From: Nitrospirota bacterium | GTDB taxonomy: Bacteria; Nitrospirota; Thermodesulfovibrionia; Thermodesulfovibrionales; JdFR-86 | Direction: 5' to 3' | DNA: 64,000 nt | Assembly (NCBI GenBank): GCA_963721805.1 | Contig: CAVRJY010000002.1 | Location: 416,001-480,000, forward strand | Part shown: positions 58,076 to 64,000 of the stretch, one piece after another | How the letters are laid out: every line of letters starts with the position of its first letter | Position numbering within the stretch: the first letter of the stretch is position 1 | Notes under the pieces: model-generated | Seen by the model: only the letters and a program-made list of their open reading frames with translations | Databases searched by the model: none | Told to the model about the DNA's origin: nothing | Made by a program: the position numbers and the translations under genes

Positions 58076-59272
58076 ATGAAAAACGAAAATAAATGGGGGC
58101 CGTCGACGACCGCCATCCACGGCACCGGAAAAACCGCCAAGGCCTACCATGCGGTGTCCACTCCGATTGTACAGACATCGAACTACTACTTCGACAAGGC
58201 CGACGAGGTCGAGGACTTCATGCGCGCAAAGGGGCAGGGCAAGGTCATCCGCGAGCACGAGTACGCCCGCTACGGAAACCCGACCCAGCAGATATGCGAG
58301 GCCAAGCTCGCGGCAATCGAGGGGGCCGAGCGCGCTGTCCTCTATTCCTCCGGCATGAGCGCGGTGATACTCGGCATCATGACCCTGATGCAGCCCGGCA
58401 AGCACATCATCTTCACGAACGACTGCTACCGCCAGACGCGCGACTTCGCCAACAATCTGCTCTCGAAGTTCGGGATCGAGATATCGCTCGTCGACCCGAC
58501 GGCCGAGGCCATCGCTGCCGCGATCAAGCCCAACACAAACATCATATTCACCGAGTCCCCGACCAACCCGTACCTGCGCATCCTCGACATCCCGGCCATC
58601 GTGAAGATCGCAAAGGAGCGCGGCATCATCACGATGATAGACGCCACGCTCGGCACGTCTTACAACATTAAGCCCATCGAGCTGGGCGTGGACGTGGTCA
58701 TCCACTCGGCGACCAAATACCTCGGCGGCCACAACGACCTCATGGCCGGCGTCTGCCTCGGCAGCAACGAGATGATGACCGCGTTTTACAAGATGCAGCG
58801 CATGGTCGGCTCTACGCCCGGCCCGCTTACATGCTTCCTGCTCGAGCGCGGCTTGAAAACCTTCGGCATGCGCATGGAGCACCACAACCGCGCAGGCCTC
58901 GCGGTGGCCCAGATGCTTGAGGCCCACCCGAAGATCGAGAAGGTCTGGTATCCGGGCCTCGCCTCGCACCCCGACCATGCGATCTACAAAGAGCAGATGA
59001 AGGGCGGCGGCAGCGTGATAAGCTTCCTCGTCAAGGGCGGGGATAAGGAGACGCGCCAGTTCATCGACGCGCTGGAGCTTTACCTGATCACCCCGAGCCT
59101 GGGCGGCAGCGAGAGCCTGGTCACGCAGATGTGGGCTATGTCGTTTTACGATTATCCGGCGTCGTTCCGTCAGGAGATCGGGATGGTGGACAATCTCGTG
59201 CGTCTGGCTCTCGGGCTGGAGGACATCGACGACCTTATCGCTGACCTTAAACAAGCCCTCGACAAGATTTAG
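58076..59272 (+). CDS. Cystathionine gamma-synthase family PLP enzyme (plant-like)
   Basis: YARYGNPT, ESPTNP, HSATKYLGGHND, SLGGSESL, RLALGLED. Confidence 0.88.
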   Translation: MKNENKWGPSTTAIHGTGKTAKAYHAVSTPIVQTSNYYFDKADEVEDFMRAKGQGKVIREHEYARYGNPTQQICEAKLAAIEGAERAVLYSSGMSAVILGIMTLMQPGKHIIFTNDCYRQTRDFANNLLSKFGIEISLVDPTAEAIAAAIKPNTNIIFTESPTNPYLRILDIPAIVKIAKERGIITMIDATLGTSYNIKPIELGVDVVIHSATKYLGGHNDLMAGVCLGSNEMMTAFYKMQRMVGSTPGPLTCFLLERGLKTFGMRMEHHNRAGLAVAQMLEAHPKIEKVWYPGLASHPDHAIYKEQMKGGGSVISFLVKGGDKETRQFIDALELYLITPSLGGSESLVTQMWAMSFYDYPASFRQEIGMVDNLVRLALGLEDIDDLIADLKQALDKI

Positions 59273-59275
59273 GGG

Positions 59276-59445
59276 AAAGCGCTCCAAATCGCTTGATACT
59301 GCGTTGGGCTGCGAAGACTCGGCCTCTATGTACGTCACAGTACACCATCGGCCGGTCTTCTTGCCCTGCCTTGTCTGAAGACGATTTGGGCGCGCTTTGC
59401 GAAGTGCGCGGCCCAGCCGCTGCCTCCGCGCCTCGCGGTCAACGG
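59276..59445 (+). repeat. Long-hairpin repeat copy C (hairpin 59276-59398) plus CGCGGTCAACGG (59434-59445)
   Basis: AAAGCGC/GCGCTTT, CCAAATCG/CGATTTGG, GAAGAC/GTCTTC, CGGCC/GGCCG, TGTAC/GTACA nested arms; starts 3 nt after a stop codon. Confidence 0.92.
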
Positions 59446-59495
59446 CATTGAGTAAAGTTACATTATTCATAAAATGAGTAAGGAGAGAAAATAGT

Positions 59496-60668
59496 TTGCC
59501 AGAAGGTTTTATTATAATGCAGATTGGCGACGCAGCTCTTGACCGAGTCTGCGAGCAAGCCATTGTTCCAGCCATGAAAACATGCGGCTTAGAGCCAAAG
59601 CGAGTTGACAAACATAACTCAGGCGGCTTATTGAAAAGTGAAATTATAGGGTTTATTGAACGGTCTGAGATTATTATTGCAGATCTGACTAATGAACGAC
59701 CAAATTGCTACTTAGAAGTTGGTTATGCCATGGGAATTGATAAATTTAGAAACCTTATTCTTACTGTACGAGAAGACCATAATCCAGAGAGTCCAAATCA
59801 CATTAAAGGGAAAAAGGTTCATTTTGATTTAAGTGGATATGATATTTTGTTCTGGTCGCCAGATCGGCTCGACGAATTTAAAGAAGAACTTGCAAAGCGC
59901 ATCCAGAAACGTCAGGCTATTATATCGCCGATAAGCGAGAAAGAGATCAGAACTCCATGGGATGAGGTTTGGATTGAAACCCATAGAAAAATAGCTTGGG
60001 AAGGGCTAAAATCAACTGGGAAGAAAGGCTTTTTGGAAATCAGGTTTGCCCTTGATCATCCGAAACCAAATAAGTCTCAGCATGAACTTTTGAAGGCTGC
60101 ACAAGAGGCTCCAATAAGTACCTTCGGCTGGCCTATAGGAGTCTATCTGTCAACGGATGATTTTAGGCCGAAGCCAAAAGCTGATGGTATCGTAGCCGAA
60201 ATATCTGTTGCAAATGAAAGAAGGGTGACATTTGATTACTGGTCGTTACGTAAAACCGGAGATTTATATTTGCTAAAAACAATCTTTGAGGATGATCAAG
60301 AGCCAGATAAAATCTATTTTAATACCAGAATCATACGTGTGACAGAGGCCATTCTTTATTGTGCAAGGTTATATAATCTGTTAGGCATCGATCCAACGGT
60401 GCATGTTAATATTGCAATTCGGCATGGCGGACTAAAAGGGCGAGTATTAACAGCAATAGGTGGCAGAAGGGTGTTTGATTGGGGCAAGTGTTCTGAAGAT
60501 GAGGCTGAATTTGAAGTGCATTCCTCAATATCCGGTTTAGAGTCAAATCTTGTTGATTTAGTCAAGCAAATTACTTCACCCCTATTTGTGTTATTCGATT
60601 TTACAGAATTTAATGATTCTATCTATCAAGACATAGTCGATAAATTTGTTGCCGGAAGGGTCACTTAA
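59496..60668 (+). CDS. AT-rich protein with N-terminal nucleoside 2-deoxyribosyltransferase-like domain
   Basis: IIADLTNERPNCYLEVGYAMG and HFDL motifs; AT-rich codon usage unlike neighbours. Confidence 0.8.
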   Translation: MPEGFIIMQIGDAALDRVCEQAIVPAMKTCGLEPKRVDKHNSGGLLKSEIIGFIERSEIIIADLTNERPNCYLEVGYAMGIDKFRNLILTVREDHNPESPNHIKGKKVHFDLSGYDILFWSPDRLDEFKEELAKRIQKRQAIISPISEKEIRTPWDEVWIETHRKIAWEGLKSTGKKGFLEIRFALDHPKPNKSQHELLKAAQEAPISTFGWPIGVYLSTDDFRPKPKADGIVAEISVANERRVTFDYWSLRKTGDLYLLKTIFEDDQEPDKIYFNTRIIRVTEAILYCARLYNLLGIDPTVHVNIAIRHGGLKGRVLTAIGGRRVFDWGKCSEDEAEFEVHSSISGLESNLVDLVKQITSPLFVLFDFTEFNDSIYQDIVDKFVAGRVT

Positions 60669-60697
60669 GGCGTGCAATGATTCAAAATCATAATATT

Positions 60698-60856
60698 CCG
60701 TTGACCGCGCGCACGATCCCACATAAGCAAACTTAAAGCGCGAGAAATCGTGTCAGACAAGGAACGGCGAGGAAAACGTCCGATGGTGTACTGTGATGTA
60801 CATAGAGGACGGATTTCCGCAGCCGTGACGCAGTATCACGCGATTTGGCGCGACTT
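60698..60856 (-). repeat. Long-hairpin repeat copy D (hairpin 60735-60856) plus CGCGGTCAACGG (60698-60709, minus strand)
   Basis: Diverged copy retaining GATACTGCG, CCTCTATGTAC, GTACACCATCGG, CCTTGTCTGA; starts 2 nt after the cytochrome stop codon. Confidence 0.88.
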
Positions 60857-60858
60857 AG

Positions 60859-62334
60859 CTATTGCTTCCCCTTAAGTAACCGATATATCCTGATCTCGTT
60901 GCGCATCTTTTGCAGGTTACGGGTCAGATCCCACCACCCCTGCTTGAATGCCACAAAGTCCGGCGCGCCGGTCATGGCCGAGCCGTACCGCATCGTGTTT
61001 GCGTAGAACAGCCACTGCGTAACCCAGTCGATCTCGATCTCCTCGTTAAAGGGGTTGCTGGGATCGGCGAGTTTTTCGTCCCATGCGGTTTTTAATAGCT
61101 TCTCGGCCTGTAACGTCATGTCATTTGTCTCGCGAATCGTGCTGTCGAGCTTCGCGAAGTGGCGTTCGGTCCAGTCCGTCGCGTGGCAGCCCTTGCAGAC
61201 ATACTCCATCACCTGTTTGCGCCGATCCTGCTCTTTTTCGTCGATCAGATACGAGGTCGCGGGCTCGCCGTCGAATGTGGAAGGCAGAGGCTGTCCGTCG
61301 CGGTTTCGGATGTTATTGGTATTGCCGCTTATTGGCTGGGGGACGGAGTAGGGCAGCCCGAAGAGCCGCACCCATAGCCGCGAGCCGAAGTCGTGCGAAC
61401 GGTTCACGAGCAGGCTTCCGTCGGGCTTGACGAGCAGCGCCATATGGCAGGCCGCGCACGTGGGGGCCTTGAAGTCCTCACCCACGACCCACGGCACGTT
61501 CGTCCAGTTGACCTTGTCCTCCTGCGCCATGATGATGTTGCCGTGCTTGCTCTCCTCGTAAACGTCATACGCCGGGACGTCCGGCAGCAGGTGGCACTGC
61601 GAGCATGTGAAGGGCTTCCTCGCGACCTCTATCGAGAACGCATGTCGCGTGTGGCATGCCGTACACGTCCCGCGCGAGCCGTCCGGGTTGATGCGCCCGA
61701 CGCCCTGATTCGGCCAGTTGGCTACGTCCGGGACCTCGATCTCGCCAAGCCGGGTCATAACCGTTTTCTTCCCGTTGACCACGAGCTCCGTGCCGTGGCA
61801 GCCGAAGCACGCGTCCTGCTTGCCGTACGCGGACGGAGCGACCTCACTGATCTCGATGCCGTTTACGACCTTGGACGAGAGGATCGTGTTATAGAGCATG
61901 TGGTAAACGGGGTTGTTCTCGATGTTGCCGCGCGCGTTGGACATCTTGCTTACGTCGAACTCGGCCTGTTCGGTCGGGTGGCAGGTCGCGCAGTCCTTGG
62001 GCGAGACCACCAGGTTGATCTTAAACCCGAAGTGGTCGAAGGCGTCCTTGTGGTCAGCGGTGTTCAGGCCGTGGCATTCGTAGCAGCCCACGACCACGCC
62101 CGATAGCTCCGCCGGTAATGTCTCGGCCGAGATGCGGCGCTTAAGGCCGGGCACGTTCATCGCGGTAGCTGGCGTCACGGTTGAGTGGCGGCTGTCCTGC
62201 CAGTCGCCTACTATGCCCGGGGTATAGCTCTTGTGGCAGCCCATGCAGGCCTTGGATGTGCTGCTCAGCGGGGCGTCGGCATATGCAGAAACGAACGAAA
62301 ACATCACGATGAATACCGCCGCGATCACCCTCAT
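60859..62334 (-). CDS. Octaheme c-type cytochrome, hydroxylamine oxidoreductase-like family
   Basis: Signal peptide; 8 CxxCH; GVGRINPDGSRGTCTACHTRH, ESKHG, APTCAACH motifs. Confidence 0.9.
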   Translation of the reverse strand: MRVIAAVFIVMFSFVSAYADAPLSSTSKACMGCHKSYTPGIVGDWQDSRHSTVTPATAMNVPGLKRRISAETLPAELSGVVVGCYECHGLNTADHKDAFDHFGFKINLVVSPKDCATCHPTEQAEFDVSKMSNARGNIENNPVYHMLYNTILSSKVVNGIEISEVAPSAYGKQDACFGCHGTELVVNGKKTVMTRLGEIEVPDVANWPNQGVGRINPDGSRGTCTACHTRHAFSIEVARKPFTCSQCHLLPDVPAYDVYEESKHGNIIMAQEDKVNWTNVPWVVGEDFKAPTCAACHMALLVKPDGSLLVNRSHDFGSRLWVRLFGLPYSVPQPISGNTNNIRNRDGQPLPSTFDGEPATSYLIDEKEQDRRKQVMEYVCKGCHATDWTERHFAKLDSTIRETNDMTLQAEKLLKTAWDEKLADPSNPFNEEIEIDWVTQWLFYANTMRYGSAMTGAPDFVAFKQGWWDLTRNLQKMRNEIRIYRLLKGKQ

Positions 62335-62378
62335 TATGAAGCCCCCCTTTTCAGGCGCGATACCGTATAGTTAATTGG

Positions 62379-62406
62379 AGTATATCGCATCCAGCCGCGT
62401 TGTCAA
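62379..62406 (-). promoter_or_regulatory. Sigma-70 promoter candidate for the octaheme cytochrome
   Basis: Minus strand TTGACA-N16-TATACT. Confidence 0.55.
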
Positions 62407-62494
62407 GCCCGCGCGCATTTGCCGGGCGGGGCAGGGCGGCATGACGAAACAGCATGACTAACGCGAGGGGAATGTTGTATATTCAAGCGAACCC

Positions 62495-63871
62495 ATGAAC
62501 TGCGCCCCGCAAGTGCTGATAATCGACGACGACGCCACGCTGCGCAATGCCCTGAGCAGCTACCTCAGGACTGAGGGCTACGAGCCGTCCGAGGCCGCTG
62601 ACGGCCCCGAGGCCCTCCGCATGCTCGAGGCCCACAAGCCGGACCTCGCGCTCCTGGACATCAGGATGCCCCATATGAGCGGGATCGAGGTGCTGAGGAA
62701 GATCGGCGAGAAGTACGCCGGGCTCCCGGTAGTGATGATCAGCGGCCACGGCAACGTCTCTTTAGCCATAGAGGCGATGAAGCTCGGCGCGGTGGATTTC
62801 ATACAAAAGCCCTTCAAGCTCGAGCACCTCGCCTATACCATCAAGCGCGCCTTCGACGGGATAGCACTGAGCTCCAAGGTCTCATACCTCGACGAGCGGT
62901 ACGAAAGCTCGCTGGAGCTCATCATGGGCCGCAGCACCAGGATGCGCAGCGTGATCGCCGAGGTCAGGAAGGTCGCCGACACCAACCTCTCGATAGTCAT
63001 ATCCGGCGAGACCGGCACAGGCAAGACCTATCTGGCGAGCCTCATACACAACCTCAGCAGGAGGATGAACGGCCCGTTCATCACCGTGGACTTCGGCACG
63101 ATACCGGACTCCCTGGTCGAGAGCGAGATGTTCGGCTTCGAGCGCGGCGCGTTTACCGGGGCGGAGAAGACCACCCAGGGGTATTTCGAGAAGGCCTCCG
63201 GGGGTACGATCTTCATCGACGAGCTCCAGAACATCGGAGTTGCGATCCAGCAAAAGCTCCTGAAGGTCATCGAGGACAAGGGGTTTTATACCATCGGCGG
63301 ATCAAGGCGCATCAATACTGACTTCAGGCTCATATGCGCGACGAACGCCAACGTGCAGGACTCTGTGCGTGCGGGCCGCATCCGCAGCGACCTGTTTTAC
63401 CGCCTCAACGAGTACTCCATAGAGCTCCCCCCGCTCCGGGAGCGCACCGATGACATCCCGATGTTCGTCGAGAAGTTCCTGATCGACATCGGGGGCGAGT
63501 TCGGCCGGCGCGACATCTCGATCAACGGCGACGCGCTCGCCCTGCTTTGCGGCAGCGGGTGGGACGGCAATATCCGCCAGCTCAAAAACGTCGTGCGCTC
63601 TGCGATTCTGGGCAGCGATACCAACCGCGTCGGGGCCGAGGCCGTGGCCGCGGCGCTGGCCGGGAGTTCCGCTGTCGGCCCGGGCGCGGCTTGCCACTCG
63701 CAGGCGGACGAGCACCCGATATCGCTTCAGGAATCCGAGCGGCGCGCGATAGGGATCGCGCTGCGCCACACCGGCGGCAACAAGACGCGGGCCTCCGCGA
63801 TACTCGGCGTAACCCTCAAGACCCTGCTCAAGAAGATTAAGGACTACGGCATAGCCGTTCCGAAGCCCTGA
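62495..63871 (+). CDS. Sigma-54-dependent response regulator (NtrC family)
   Basis: Receiver, GETGTGKT, GAFTGA, WDGNIRQL, GGNKTRASAILG HTH. Confidence 0.95.
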   Translation: MNCAPQVLIIDDDATLRNALSSYLRTEGYEPSEAADGPEALRMLEAHKPDLALLDIRMPHMSGIEVLRKIGEKYAGLPVVMISGHGNVSLAIEAMKLGAVDFIQKPFKLEHLAYTIKRAFDGIALSSKVSYLDERYESSLELIMGRSTRMRSVIAEVRKVADTNLSIVISGETGTGKTYLASLIHNLSRRMNGPFITVDFGTIPDSLVESEMFGFERGAFTGAEKTTQGYFEKASGGTIFIDELQNIGVAIQQKLLKVIEDKGFYTIGGSRRINTDFRLICATNANVQDSVRAGRIRSDLFYRLNEYSIELPPLRERTDDIPMFVEKFLIDIGGEFGRRDISINGDALALLCGSGWDGNIRQLKNVVRSAILGSDTNRVGAEAVAAALAGSSAVGPGAACHSQADEHPISLQESERRAIGIALRHTGGNKTRASAILGVTLKTLLKKIKDYGIAVPKP

Positions 63872-64000
63872 TCCACCCAACTCCAGGAGTTATCAGTTCC
63901 ATGGCGGCAAATTATTAATCCTACATTTTTGTAATCTCGATCACATTATGTCAAATTACAGCTTGACTATCATCTATCTAGTTGTTAATCTTATTAATAT

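Noticed and set aside
56477..59611. 1044-aa minus-strand ORF (also 9844..12261, 8209..9834, 12194..13562)
   Set aside because: Antisense shadows of well-supported genes in GC-rich DNA; no motifs of their own.
60698..60730. CCGTTGACC motif as a -35 box driving transcription into the hairpin
   Set aside because: No acceptable -10 element at 16-18 nt in copies A or C, and only a weak one in D.

Overview
GC-rich bacterial chromosomal window. Gene content and order (pgpA-cinA-thpR-recA-pilT-recX-alaS, resB/ccsA, several sigma-54 activators, multiheme cytochromes) resemble an anaerobic Nitrospirota/Desulfobacterota-type genome; this is an inference, not verified. Most of it is housekeeping: recA, recX, alaS, miaA, queA, queH, ybeY, phoH, pyrE, thrC and a cystathionine gamma-synthase. 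The unusual content is as follows. (1) A ~123-nt imperfect long-hairpin repeat occurs in four copies, with covarying stems and invariant loops. Each complete copy is followed by a GGTCAACGG motif that marks the exact edge of an AT-rich accessory gene, and one such gene is bracketed by two inverted copies. This suggests an uncharacterised hairpin-bounded gene-capture or mobility system; no transposase or integrase is seen in the window. (2) A candidate sigma-54 promoter precedes an NHL/BACON/FG-GAP protein and a 2014-aa, 21-heme cytochrome. Divergent from these is an operon for an antibiotic-type 2-deoxy-3-amino sugar, a lipid-carrier GT2 and a TMTC-like GT-C/TPR transferase, a possible protein-glycosylation system. 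(3) A Fis-like HTH is inserted in ResB. (4) A plant-type threonine synthase/cystathionine gamma-synthase pair lies behind a candidate sigma-54 sRNA. (5) An HAO-like octaheme cytochrome apparently lacks the cross-linking Tyr. Eight single-base insertions in the first 19 kb are probably consensus artefacts. No tRNA, rRNA or CRISPR array was seen.
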